DNA from: Desulfatiglandales bacterium
GTDB taxonomy: Bacteria > Desulfobacterota > DSM-4660 > Desulfatiglandales > HGW-15
DNA: 64,000 bases
Assembly: GCA_963667015.2 (NCBI GenBank)
Contig: CAXXJJ010000004.1
Coordinates: 2,400,001 to 2,464,000 of the forward strand
Direction of reading: 5' to 3'
In this document: piece by piece, positions 49,854 to 59,762 of the stretch
Position numbering within the stretch: position 1 is the first letter of the stretch
Layout: each line of letters starts with the position of its first letter
Notes under the pieces: model-generated
The model's database searches: none
What the model was told of the DNA's origin: nothing
Seen by the model: only the letters and a program-made list of their open reading frames with translations
Position numbers and translations under genes: made by a program

Positions 49854-50324
49854 ATGTTTAATTTGTTAAAGAAGTATGAAAGATTAATGATTCAGGCGCT
49901 TATGATTATGATGGCGATAGTACTTGGCCTTGCTACCATTGACCTCGCATGGCTTATTATAAAGGACATAACTCAGCCTCCTCTCTTTCTTCTCAGTGTT
50001 GATCAATTGCTTGAAATCTTCGGATTGTTTATGCTGGTTTTAATAGGAATTGAACTCCTGGAGACAATAATAAAAACATATTTAACCCAGGGGCAGCCTC
50101 ACTATGAGGTAGTTCTCTCAGTAGCCATTATAGCGATTGCCAGAAAAGTCATAATTCTAGATATAAAAGAGGTGGGCAGTCTCAGCCTGATTGGTATAGC
50201 ATCAATTATCATAGCATTGACATTTGGCTATTTTTTAATGAAAAAAAGCCATCCTGCTAACGATTCGAATCCAGATCTTGATCAGACTGAAGAAAGCAGT
50301 AAGCCAGAAGATAAAAATGCATAA
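49854..50324 (+). CDS. phosphate-starvation-inducible PsiE family membrane protein
   Basis: FGLFMLVLIGIELLETI, VVLSVAIIAIARKVIILD. Confidence 0.8.
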   Translation: MFNLLKKYERLMIQALMIMMAIVLGLATIDLAWLIIKDITQPPLFLLSVDQLLEIFGLFMLVLIGIELLETIIKTYLTQGQPHYEVVLSVAIIAIARKVIILDIKEVGSLSLIGIASIIIALTFGYFLMKKSHPANDSNPDLDQTEESSKPEDKNA

Positions 50325-50379
50325 CATCAGGCTCAGCACGGGACTGACTGCGCCCGACTTTTAACCTGAGACGTTAACC
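50319..50379 (+). other. attC-like site (61 bp)
   Basis: GCATAAC overlapping the stop codon, TCAGG/CCTGA and CGGG/CCCG pairing, GTTAACC. Confidence 0.5.
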
Positions 50380-50384
50380 CTGTA

Positions 50385-50469
50385 TTTAAACAGTCACATC
50401 ACAAGACTTCGAAGGGTTCCCTGCCTGTTGCTAAAAACCACTGCAGGGTTTGTGACCCGGCTGTTATAA
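50385..50469 (+). other. attC-like site (85 bp)
   Basis: AACAGTC/GGCTGTT, TCACAA/TTGTGA and CCCTGC/GCAGGG nested stems; ends GTTATAA. Confidence 0.5.
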
Positions 50470-50554
50470 TTTGAAAGTGAGAACGATTGGCTGGTTTTTC
50501 CTGCTGATTTAAATCCAAAAGGTAAAAAAATTAAAGACGATTTGGAGGTTAAAG

Positions 50555-50848
50555 TTGAAAAAGATTATATTCGTAGTAACTATTGAAGAAATTCATAACC
50601 AGGAAATGTACATGGATTATATCAGGCAGGTCGTAAATATTATTAAGGTACACAATGGTGAATATATAGCAAGAAGCAATAAGATAATACCATTTAGCGG
50701 GGACAAGCCTGAAAGATCTATAATAATAGCCTTTAACTCAATGGAAGAGGCAAAGGGGTGCTTTTTTTCCGAAGAGTATAAAAAAATAAAACATCTCAGG
50801 GAAAACAGTACAAAGTCGAGGGCATTTTTTATAGAAAATGATTTATAA
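50555..50848 (+). CDS. DUF1330-family protein
   Basis: Y..YIRQV..II..HNGEYIARS...FNSMEEA..FFSEEY..IK.LR; TTG start after GGAGG. Confidence 0.8.
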   Translation: MKKIIFVVTIEEIHNQEMYMDYIRQVVNIIKVHNGEYIARSNKIIPFSGDKPERSIIIAFNSMEEAKGCFFSEEYKKIKHLRENSTKSRAFFIENDL

Positions 50849-51025
50849 TTAAAAACCCGGCAACAGTTACTTTAAATTGATCAGATTTACAATAATACTC
50901 GGCATTGTTTTCGGCCTGCTGGCCTATATAGTTACAGAATATTTTGACATATCAAGGGCAGGCTTTTTCTACAGCATAATATTAGGCCTTATCTTTGGCG
51001 GGATTATTTTAAAAACAAAAAACAT

Positions 51026-51448
51026 ATGGAAATCAAGATATCAAATTTCACAATAGAATCATATGACAGGGTCCTTAATCTATGGAACCGGTGCGAAGGT
51101 GTAGGCCTGAGCCATTCGGATTCGAGGGAAAATATCCGGCTTTATCTGGACAGAAACCCGGGCCTGAGTTTAATTGCAGAGCTGGACGATAAGCTTTCCG
51201 GGGTCATACTGGCTGGGCACGACGGTAGGCGGGGTTACCTGCATCACCTGGCAGTTTCACCGGAATACCGCAGGCAGGGGATAGGAAGACTCCTGGTTGA
51301 TACCTGCCTGAACAGGCTCAGGGATGACGGCATATTAAAATGCCATATTTTTCTATTTAATAATAATCCTGAAGGATTGAAATTCTGGGAGTCTATCGGC
51401 TGGGCCGTCAGGGACGATATTGGCATAGTATCCAGGTTTATTGATTAA
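51026..51448 (+). CDS. GNAT acetyltransferase (YpeA-like)
   Basis: GHDGRRGYLHHLAVSPEYRRQGIG, FWESIGW. Confidence 0.9.
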   Translation: MEIKISNFTIESYDRVLNLWNRCEGVGLSHSDSRENIRLYLDRNPGLSLIAELDDKLSGVILAGHDGRRGYLHHLAVSPEYRRQGIGRLLVDTCLNRLRDDGILKCHIFLFNNNPEGLKFWESIGWAVRDDIGIVSRFID

Positions 51449-51461
51449 AACCAGGCTCATT

Positions 51462-54400
51462 TCACACGGCATCTGCCAATTTTTTTATAGACTCAAGGTA
51501 TATGTTCGAATTGCTGAGATAAAAGGACAATGCCTTTGAAAAATTCTTGCCAACCAGACCATCTGCAAACAGCAGGGTTATATCACGTTCCATCAGGAGG
51601 ACATTCTGAAAGGTGATGAATATCCTGCGTTCTTCGCTGGAGATCCTTTTTAATTTTATCCTCAGAGCATGCCTTGCACGAGGCTGATACATCCAGAAAT
51701 AGAGCAGGTCAAGGGCGTTTATCATAAGTATCTTCTGCAGGGCACTGACTTCTTCACTTTTTATTTTTTCAAATCTTTTCGGTTCGTTGAGTAATTCCAT
51801 TACCTGGGACTCTGGAAATCGTATTTCAAGCAGAGAGTAGATGTAATAGAGCTGCGATAACTTTGTGCTGTAGTCACGCCACCTCATGTGCATATTCTGG
51901 TATCTGTCACCTATTCCCTCGATGACACCAGCCACACAATCCGAAGCAGCCTTTGAGATGATTGCGGCCCACTTCTGAAGTACATGGTCAATTCCTGCGA
52001 TTCCTACCATTGAAAGAATACCGCTTATTACGGCATTAAAAAAGATTGCAACAGGTATGGAAATGACACTTCGGAAAAAATTCCCGGCCACAATCCCGGT
52101 CGGAAAACCCCGGAATGCATTATGGCTGGACAGGTATATCCCGTTTATAATGGCCATGAATGTATAGAGCAATACCGGGTTTGTCGTGGTATTGATACCC
52201 AGCCATTGATCAAGGATAAGGGTCTTTACAAGGTAGTCAAGCAGGGGAACCGAAAACCCTGTATACAGGAGCGAGTCGGAGATGCGCTCCCACCTTATGA
52301 AATCATTCCACCTTATCAAACGTGATCGGCGCAGCCCGCCTCCGCCCAGCACTGACTGCAGGATGTTTCTCAGGCCGGTGATGGAAAACCAGATAACCGC
52401 TCCAAAGTATGCCAGGAACCACCATTCCTTGGTCAAAAGAAATGTAAGGAACGCCGGGATAAAACCGATGATTACCTTGAGAATATTCTTCAGGCCGGTG
52501 TTCAGGTATTTCCACGAAATATTTACAGTATCCTCTTTTGAAGAGGAAACATGGAGACTTAACCCGTTTGTAACTTCCCGCTGGATTCCGCCAAGGGTGG
52601 CAATATCACCTCTTCCATTTATAGAATAGGCCCTTATCATCCAGTCTGTTTCGCGCTTAAGGCCAAATTCTCTTAAAAACGGCACATGCCTTATCATCCG
52701 GTAGAAACTATTACCTAAAGCATTCCATGAAACCGCATGGGGGATATATTTTATCCGCTTTAACACATTAATTTTCCCAGGGATAATTTCATAGGACATT
52801 TCATATTGTTTTCTTATTTCCTTCTGCGCACGCTGGGGGAGTGTCTCGATTACAGCCAGTCCCATACCGTGGAACCGGGGTGAACGTCCTGTGGAATCAC
52901 TTCCTATCCTCGATTTTAAAGGAACACGTTTATAATAATCTTTCAGAATGGCTATATCGTGAAGCACATCATTCAAACGTGCTGTTCTCTCCAGCCTGTC
53001 CGAATAGTCGGAAGCTTCAACCCGGCTTATGATGCTGCGGATAAGTCGTTTCAGTTCAATGACATTACCCTGGTTGAGCGCGTTTTGAAGCTCATTGATC
53101 TCCGCAATATGCCCGGTTAAACCAAGGGTATGATCCTTGAGATTAAATATCTCCAGGCAGGTCACATGCCCTTCACAGTCATAAAGGATTTCAAGCACAT
53201 CTTCTGCCTTTAAATTGCTGAGATTCAGTGTAATCCTGTATGATGAGCGGAGTGTTATAAGTTTTTCAATAAGCGCAAGAGGGGAAAGTGTCAGCAGAAA
53301 GGGAATCTCATTATATTCTCCCGGTATACGGAGGTTGGGGATATCAGGGTTTTTTTCATGTATTAAGTATTTTTCCAGTATTTTTTCATGATCAAACAAA
53401 TTCATCGCATTGACTTTACTCTCAATAATCCTTCGCTCTTCTTTCGATGCACCTGTGTAGATTTTTCGAAGTTCATCAATGTGGGAATTCATTACTGTAA
53501 GCATACTTGAATGAGCAAATTTTGCCAGATGGAACAACGATGCCTGCCCGGTGCCGACAAAGGCAAGGAACGCCTTTTCATCAAGAGGCGAAGGTTGAAA
53601 TCCATACTCCTTTTCGATTTCAAACCTGTGCCGGTCATTAAATTCCTTTAATATTGATATGACGATCTGCCCCTGGTATTCGGATACTTTTTTTCCTTCA
53701 GCCATGATGGTTCTGACTGGTTCTTCTTCAAGAAAGATAAGAAAATCCTGTGTGTCGGCAAATCCCCTGGGTGTCCATATCATCTGGATATAGCGATCCC
53801 TGAACCGTGCATTAAATTCGATTCCGATCTCCAGCTTGATCCCCATTATCTTAGCGGCTTCCAATAGTTCCATTGCGAATTTTGGTTCAAGGTGGTTATA
53901 GTAGACTACCTTTATCCTGCGTATTCCTTTTATCCATGCATCCATTATCAGGTGGCTGGAAGACTTTCGCCCCTTTGTATTGGCATCATGCACATGGTCA
54001 TCAAAGGTTACCTGGTTCCATTCTTCAGGCATCTCGAGAAGATGATATTTTTTCATCTGTTTGCGTATATTTACGGGTTTGCCTGTAGTACACGTCCTGA
54101 AGTCATGTGCGAGTTTGAGCTGAAGAATATGATTCCCATGAGCACGCACAAGTTCTTTCATAATCTGCATGAGTACCCTTGCTGTGTTTTTGGGCATCGA
54201 TCCTTCAGCTGTATTCAAAAGCTCATCCCGGATAGACCGCAGGGCATTCAGTCGGTCTTCAACTCCCTCCGCCTCCAGGTATTCAAGGAGGTGAACAACC
54301 GCGTAGGCTATCCTCAGACCTCTGGATTCAGCCATTTCCTTTATTCCGTGAGGATGGAGATAGGGATATATGGTTTTTTTAGTATGTTTTCGAGACTGAT

Positions 54401-54482
54401 CACGTGTCAGGACATCATTTACAATGCTCAACAGCATGTAGTCCCTTTTGTCGAAAAGAAATCCTGGTATTTTTTTGCCCAA
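51462..54482 (-). CDS. 1006-aa hypothetical membrane protein with PHP-like domain
   Basis: DDHVHDANTKGRKS, GIEF, IGSDSTG, then several TM helices; TTG start after GAGGTG. Confidence 0.75.
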   Translation of the reverse strand: MGKKIPGFLFDKRDYMLLSIVNDVLTRDQSRKHTKKTIYPYLHPHGIKEMAESRGLRIAYAVVHLLEYLEAEGVEDRLNALRSIRDELLNTAEGSMPKNTARVLMQIMKELVRAHGNHILQLKLAHDFRTCTTGKPVNIRKQMKKYHLLEMPEEWNQVTFDDHVHDANTKGRKSSSHLIMDAWIKGIRRIKVVYYNHLEPKFAMELLEAAKIMGIKLEIGIEFNARFRDRYIQMIWTPRGFADTQDFLIFLEEEPVRTIMAEGKKVSEYQGQIVISILKEFNDRHRFEIEKEYGFQPSPLDEKAFLAFVGTGQASLFHLAKFAHSSMLTVMNSHIDELRKIYTGASKEERRIIESKVNAMNLFDHEKILEKYLIHEKNPDIPNLRIPGEYNEIPFLLTLSPLALIEKLITLRSSYRITLNLSNLKAEDVLEILYDCEGHVTCLEIFNLKDHTLGLTGHIAEINELQNALNQGNVIELKRLIRSIISRVEASDYSDRLERTARLNDVLHDIAILKDYYKRVPLKSRIGSDSTGRSPRFHGMGLAVIETLPQRAQKEIRKQYEMSYEIIPGKINVLKRIKYIPHAVSWNALGNSFYRMIRHVPFLREFGLKRETDWMIRAYSINGRGDIATLGGIQREVTNGLSLHVSSSKEDTVNISWKYLNTGLKNILKVIIGFIPAFLTFLLTKEWWFLAYFGAVIWFSITGLRNILQSVLGGGGLRRSRLIRWNDFIRWERISDSLLYTGFSVPLLDYLVKTLILDQWLGINTTTNPVLLYTFMAIINGIYLSSHNAFRGFPTGIVAGNFFRSVISIPVAIFFNAVISGILSMVGIAGIDHVLQKWAAIISKAASDCVAGVIEGIGDRYQNMHMRWRDYSTKLSQLYYIYSLLEIRFPESQVMELLNEPKRFEKIKSEEVSALQKILMINALDLLYFWMYQPRARHALRIKLKRISSEERRIFITFQNVLLMERDITLLFADGLVGKNFSKALSFYLSNSNIYLESIKKLADAV

Positions 54483-54709
54483 CAGGCACCTCTATTCAGG
54501 TAAGTAAAATAATTCCTTTGCCCTGCAATCTGGTTCTATATCTATAACATATTGATATCTTACAGATACTCCTCTTTTATTGTCAATACAGATATGTATA
54601 TTAACTTATATAAGGAACGGTTCAGGGTATTATTCGATTCTTTGTCAGCGCTTATTAAAAATAGCCATGGCAGCCTTCCTGCGGAATGCCTTTTGAAGAC
54701 AATAACTGC

Positions 54710-55010
54710 AATGGATACGGGCTTCATATGGAAAGTATTGCCCTATTATGTGAAATGCGGATATGAAAGAGATGAATCAAACCGGCTTATACCGGATAAA
54801 CATGGCAAACCCTTTCGTCTCTGGAGGCCGCGGCTTGACCCGGATTTGAATGACGGCAGTGGTAAGCGATACCTTTGCAGGAAACTATGAGAGCCAGGTG
54901 AGGTAAGATAAAAGCTGATGGTTGTCCTTCCCCAGGCACTTTTTGCAATCTTCATGATCCTCTATTTCAAGTTTAAGTCAGTAAGTACAACCAGCCTTAT
55001 TTTCAAAGGA
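54710..55010 (+). pseudogene. remnant of a CusA/CzcA heavy-metal RND permease
   Basis: Frame-broken fragments RLIPDKHGKPFRLWRPRLDPDLN, TFAGNYESQVR* and KLMVVLPQALFAIFMILYFKFKS. Confidence 0.6.
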
Positions 55011-55109
55011 AGATCCGGAGAAATATCTGGATAAGATAAAATAATCTTATCTTACGGGACGTATTTCAAAAGATTATTCGCGCTATTCTCTTGAGGTATG
55101 TCCATGTTT

Positions 55110-55667
55110 TCATGCTTTGACAGAGTCCCCTGCCCATGCATCCAGTTTATCCATAATTGCATCATAGGTTTTCATTGAAATTTCAGGCAGAGTCCCGCCC
55201 AAAGCACCCGAAGCCTCCTGAAAACCTTTTTCAATACTTGCCTTGATCTCTTCAAGCCTGCCAGGATCATTACCGCTGATTGACATGGCAAACTGAAGGA
55301 TTCGATCGGATGTCTGCTCTATACCAAAGTAGCCATCGTCCGAAATAAGTTCACGTGCCTTCTCAGGTGTGATATCCCCGAAATTCACGGGCTCACCTTC
55401 AGTATCAATCCGCACCATTATCCCCTGCTCTTCAAAAATCTTCATAAGCATTGTCTGCAAAGGTTCAAAATCCAACTCTATTATTGGCGAATTCCGGGAG
55501 ATACCATAGGTTAATATCTCCTTTTGATTTGCCCCCAGGGTTATCCTGTCGGACACAGGGTCTTCAGGACCTTGCATAGAAGGCTGTTTTTTTTGCCTTT
55601 GAGACCGGACCTTCTGGCTTTCAAGGGTCTTAAACATATCTGAGTTGTCTATCCTGTTTATCATCAT
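55110..55667 (-). CDS. conserved hypothetical protein (DUF5610-like)
   Basis: ARELISDDGYFGIEQTSDRILQFA...IEKGFQEA...GGTLPEISMKTYD; RBS AGGAGGAG. Confidence 0.7.
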   Translation of the reverse strand: MMINRIDNSDMFKTLESQKVRSQRQKKQPSMQGPEDPVSDRITLGANQKEILTYGISRNSPIIELDFEPLQTMLMKIFEEQGIMVRIDTEGEPVNFGDITPEKARELISDDGYFGIEQTSDRILQFAMSISGNDPGRLEEIKASIEKGFQEASGALGGTLPEISMKTYDAIMDKLDAWAGDSVKA

Positions 55668-56038
55668 CTCCTCCTGCAGGAATTAAAAAAGAATACATCC
55701 TCTCTCAAATACATTCAATGGATTTAGGGGCTAATTTTATCATTTTATCTATTTTAATAAAAGCTTATCTTTTTTAATCTTTCAGTCTGTAGCATTTCAT
55801 TGCCAATCAATCCTGCGACAATGCCTGAACTTGACCGGCTCCTGTGGATATTGAATTTCATAAAAGATTATGCCATGTTCAGGTTTCAGGCCTGCACAAT
55901 TTACCACTATGATAATATAATGTAATTTCAAATAGTTAACTCAGATATTAAATATATTAACTTGATAATGGAATACACCTTGCAGTAAAATTAAACAGGA
56001 TATTTTTCAAAATATAATTTTTTAAGGAGGGCATTATT

Positions 56039-56365
56039 ATGTCAAACAAGAATCTAATTTTTATTTTTGGTACAGCTTTGTTTTTAGCTTTCTCTGTCAC
56101 AGCTTTGATGACAGGGTGCAGTACAACGGCAGCTCATATGACAACATCTCAATCTGACAGTGCTCAAAAAATGGATCTTGAAACAGCAAAAGCCAAGATG
56201 AAGATGTATATGGACATAAATTCTCAGGGAGGATACGAACTCAAGAAATATACAGAGGATGATTTACATTTCAGAGCAGATGTTTTAAGTCCTGAAGGTA
56301 CTTTACAGAACGAGATTGTTGTCAATAAGAAAACCGGGGCGGTCTATTTCACAAAGAAAAAATAA
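56039..56365 (+). CDS. putative lipoprotein with PepSY-like C-terminus
   Basis: Lipobox MTGC, FRADVL....EIVVNKKTG; RBS AAGGAGG. Confidence 0.7.
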   Translation: MSNKNLIFIFGTALFLAFSVTALMTGCSTTAAHMTTSQSDSAQKMDLETAKAKMKMYMDINSQGGYELKKYTEDDLHFRADVLSPEGTLQNEIVVNKKTGAVYFTKKK

Positions 56366-56459
56366 GAACAGTTGGAATGTAAAAACGAAAATCTTCGTCT
56401 CCTGGCCTATAAAAAGTCTCAAAATATATGTCAGGAAACGGAGATTTTTTAATATATTT

Positions 56460-56623
56460 CCATGTATTTACTATTAATTTTTTCAGTTTGGATTGTACCC
56501 GCACAGCAATTTCTCCAGGGTTTTCATTGGTTACTGCCTGCATGGATGCAGCAGGGTCAACAGCTGCTGCCTCAATATTGCCATCGACTCTTTGCTGAAA
56601 AATTACATTAAAAGGAATGTACC
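56460..56623 (-). pseudogene. C-terminal remnant of a DUF302-family gene
   Basis: FNVIFQQRVDGNIEAAAVDPAASMQAVTNENPGEIAVRVQSKLKKLI, with no N-terminal half. Confidence 0.55.
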
Positions 56624-56634
56624 TCTGAAATAGC

Positions 56635-58872
56635 CTATAATTTTTTTCTTGAAAGCCGCAGACTGTTCATAACTACCGTAACGCTCGAAAGGGCCATTGC
56701 TCCTGCAGCCATGGCCGGGTGCAGATCCCTTATCACAGCGGGAATGCTGGATACGGTATGGAGTACACCTGCAGCAAGTGGCACAAGGGCGACATTATAG
56801 AAGAACGCCCAGAAAAGGTTCTGTTTTATTGTCCTCATTGTCGCACGGGACAGCTTTACAGAACGCACCACACCCGACAGTTCACCTCCCACCAGGGTAA
56901 TATCGCTTGTTTCCATAGCTACATCCGTGCCGCTACCAATGGCAATACCCACATCGGCCCTGGCAAGTGCCGGGGCATCATTGATCCCGTCACCCACCAT
57001 GGCTACAACTTGTCCATCATCATGGGCCTTTCTAACGATTTCTTCCTTGCGTTCCGGTAATATCCCGGCAACCACCTTTTCAATTCCCACCTTTAGGGCG
57101 ATTGCATCGGCAGCCTCCTGGTTATCTCCGGTAAGCATTACAGGTGTTATACCCATCGCCTTAAGTTCGCTGACAGCTCCCCGGGATTCCTCCTTTTCCT
57201 CATCAGATACAGCGATTACACCCGATACCTCTCCATCCACCTCCACAAGCATTACGGTCTTTCCCAGTGAGGACAGATCATGAACTGTATCTGAAACATC
57301 TGCCGGCAACTGTTTGTCTGTTTCAAACCAGGAAGGCTTGCCTACACGCACTTTATGCCCCGAAACCCTGGCCTCCAGCCCGAAACCGCTGACAGCGCGA
57401 AATTCCTCCGGTTTTATAAGTGACAGGCCTCTCTCTTTTACACCGTCTACAACTGCCTTTGCTATGGGGTGTTCACTGCCTGTTTCTGCACTTGCGGCGA
57501 GAAGAAGTGCTTTATCTTCATCACTTCCCAGGGGCACCCAATCGCTGAGAACCGGTTTTCCCTTTGTTATTGTCCCAGTCTTATCAAACATGATGGTTTT
57601 AAGCCTGTGCGCGGTTTCAAGGGATTCACTGTTTTTAAACAATATCCCCATGCCTGCGCCCTTTCCTGTCCCCACCATAATGGCCGTGGGTGTTGCAAGC
57701 CCGAGTGCACAGGGGCATGCAATAACCAGAACAGCAACCATGCGGATCATGGCAGGTACAAACTCCCCTGTAACCGACCACCATATTCCCATTGTAACCA
57801 TGGCGATTAAAATAATCACAGGTACAAAAACGGCAGCAACCCTGTCTGCAAGTCGCTGGATAGGTGCCTTTGAACCCTGAGCCTGTCGAACCAGCCTGAT
57901 TATCTGTGCAAGGGCAGTATCTGATCCAACCCCGGTAGCCCTGATGCTTAGGAGTCCCTCCTGGTTGGTTGTAGCCCCGAAAACCCCGCTTCCTTCGGTT
58001 TTGTCAACAGGTATGGATTCACCGGTAAGCATGCTCTCATCAATGGAAGAATGGCCTGATATAACCACTCCATCAACAGGAATATACTCACCGGGCCGTA
58101 CAAGCACTGTCTGACCGGGTCTTACCTTATCAACAGGCACCTCAAGTATCTCACCATCCTCCTGTTCCACATGAGCCACCTTTGGTGCAAGATCCATAAG
58201 CTTTCTTATGGCAGAGGACGCCTGCCCCTTGGCCTTTGCTTCAAGAAGTTTTCCCAGTTTTATCAATGTAATGATAAGGGCCGATGTTTCAAAATAGACA
58301 TGGCTTCCCAGATGAGGCAGAAGAAGCACTGCCAGTGAGTAAAAAAAGGCAACAGATGATCCCAGGGCAACAAGAACATCCATATTGGCGGAACCCGACC
58401 TTATACTCTTCCATCCGCCTGTGTAGAATCCCCAACCCGTATAAAACTGAACCGGGGCTGCCAGAATAAGGAAGAGCCAGTTCACCCAGACAGCATGGGA
58501 CCATTCACCTAAAAGGAAAAAATCTCTGCCCATACTCAAAAAAAACAAAGGCAAGGTAAATATGAGACCAACAATGAAAAAACGTTTCTGGCTCATTAGT
58601 TCTTGCGCTCGTGCCTTCTGTTCCTCATCATCTCCGGCATTTTCTTCATCCGCAGGCAGAATAAGCTGATATCCTGCCTTTTTTACTATGTCAGCCATTT
58701 CCGCGGGAGTTACAGTCTCAGGATCAAAATCAATGGTAACCCTTTCTGTACCGAAATTTACAACAGCATCGTTAACACCCGGTACTTTTTTCTTAAGGGT
58801 TCTTTCAACTGTAGCTGCGCAATTGGCACAAGTCATACCTGTTACAGGGAGCTCTATTTTCCTATCCGCCAT
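56635..58872 (-). CDS. copA: copper-translocating P1B-type ATPase
   Basis: GMTCANC HMA domain, [35 protein letters not shown] and MALSS Cu(I) signatures. Confidence 0.95.
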   Translation of the reverse strand: MADRKIELPVTGMTCANCAATVERTLKKKVPGVNDAVVNFGTERVTIDFDPETVTPAEMADIVKKAGYQLILPADEENAGDDEEQKARAQELMSQKRFFIVGLIFTLPLFFLSMGRDFFLLGEWSHAVWVNWLFLILAAPVQFYTGWGFYTGGWKSIRSGSANMDVLVALGSSVAFFYSLAVLLLPHLGSHVYFETSALIITLIKLGKLLEAKAKGQASSAIRKLMDLAPKVAHVEQEDGEILEVPVDKVRPGQTVLVRPGEYIPVDGVVISGHSSIDESMLTGESIPVDKTEGSGVFGATTNQEGLLSIRATGVGSDTALAQIIRLVRQAQGSKAPIQRLADRVAAVFVPVIILIAMVTMGIWWSVTGEFVPAMIRMVAVLVIACPCALGLATPTAIMVGTGKGAGMGILFKNSESLETAHRLKTIMFDKTGTITKGKPVLSDWVPLGSDEDKALLLAASAETGSEHPIAKAVVDGVKERGLSLIKPEEFRAVSGFGLEARVSGHKVRVGKPSWFETDKQLPADVSDTVHDLSSLGKTVMLVEVDGEVSGVIAVSDEEKEESRGAVSELKAMGITPVMLTGDNQEAADAIALKVGIEKVVAGILPERKEEIVRKAHDDGQVVAMVGDGINDAPALARADVGIAIGSGTDVAMETSDITLVGGELSGVVRSVKLSRATMRTIKQNLFWAFFYNVALVPLAAGVLHTVSSIPAVIRDLHPAMAAGAMALSSVTVVMNSLRLSRKKL

Positions 58873-58884
58873 TTTTTCTCCTTA

Positions 58885-59168
58885 TCAGTGGCAACAGTGC
58901 GGACCATCTTTACCAAAATCTTTTTCATTGATTTTGGCCATCCGGTCCAGATACTTTCCAAACCAGACCTTCTTCTTTGCCGGTTCAGGTTTTAAATACT
59001 TCTCCGGATCCGCTTCAAAGGATTTAAGACAATCTTCGGCACAGAAGTAATATTTGAACCTCTATGAATCGAGATCAATTTTTTATTTTCCGGATCGACC
59101 CTCATTCCGCATACAGGGTCGATGATTTTCCCCTTTGAATCTTTATAAATAATTATCGACTCTTACAT
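58885..59168 (-). pseudogene. YHS-domain protein pseudogene
   Basis: ATG TAA at codons 1-2, then IDPVCGMRVD, a frameshift at about 59059, and KYYFCAEDCLKSFEADPEKYL...GPHCCH*. Confidence 0.8.
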
Positions 59169-59276
59169 AGTTAACACCTTCTTTAAATGCAAAGGGCAGT
59201 ATATAAAACAAATTTACAGTTTATCATAAGCTGCTTTATCTTATTAAAATATAAGGCTTACACTTTATTTATTTGT

Positions 59277-59352
59277 GAGGGATTCGAGTCCTGTTAGCCC
59301 TACCCAAATATACATAACCCCTTGACTTTACATAGTAGAGTCAAGGGGTTAT
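59277..59352 (+). pseudogene. degenerate tRNA 3' fragment (Glu-like) plus terminator hairpin
   Basis: GATTCGAGTCCTGTTAGCCCTACCCA, then ATAACCCCTTGACT...AGTCAAGGGGTTAT. Confidence 0.55.
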
Positions 59353-59448
59353 TACTTTGATTTGCAGTTATTTTCGTTTATTTTAGTACCAGTACAGCAA
59401 AAAAAGGGCTAACACTAAAATGTTAACCCATTGTAAATTGCACTTTGA

Positions 59449-59493
59449 TGGCGCGCCCGGAAAGATTCGAACCCCCGACCTTTGGATTGGAAG
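59449..59493 (-). pseudogene. 3' half of a tRNA (Arg-like) with downstream terminator at 59399-59429
   Basis: Minus strand CTTCCAATCCAAAGGTCGGGGGTTCGAATCTTTCCGGGCGCGCCA; no 5' half. Confidence 0.75.
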
Positions 59494-59596
59494 AGTCTGA
59501 ATTAAAAAACCGGTTTTTACCGTAATTTTAGCATGTTGATTATAAAAAACTTGTCACGAATTGCTACTCTAAGAAATCATTCTTATTATTGTCTCA

Positions 59597-59649
59597 GTCC
59601 GTGTTTTCGGCACAGGGGGCCGATATCCTGACCGCTAGACGATGGGCCC
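59597..59649 (-). pseudogene. 5' two-thirds of a degenerate tRNA-Glu
   Basis: Minus strand GGGCCCATCGTCTAGCGGTCAGGATATCGGC-CCCCTGT-GCCGAAAACACGG; the anticodon loop is mutated and the T-arm is missing. Confidence 0.65.
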
Positions 59650-59721
59650 ATATAAAAAATCTGAAAACGCAAAACTGGTGCTGTCACCAAATTCACGTTC
59701 TCATATTAATAGAATTCTAAT

Positions 59722-59760
59722 TGGCTGGGGGACAAGGACTCGAACCTTGGATAACGGGGT
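59722..59760 (-). pseudogene. 3' half of tRNA-Gln
   Basis: Minus strand ACCCCGTTATCCAAGGTTCGAGTCCTTGTCCCCCAGCCA; begins 2 nt after the ATPase stop codon. Confidence 0.7.
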
Positions 59761-59762
59761 AT

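Noticed and set aside
50870..51025. Coding-like hydrophobic stretch (IRFTIILGIVFGLLAYIV...)
   Set aside because: No credible start, and I cannot assign a family; possibly a gene remnant.
54552..54890. 112-aa ORF as a real gene
   Set aside because: It looks like a chimera of intergenic DNA and a cusA remnant.
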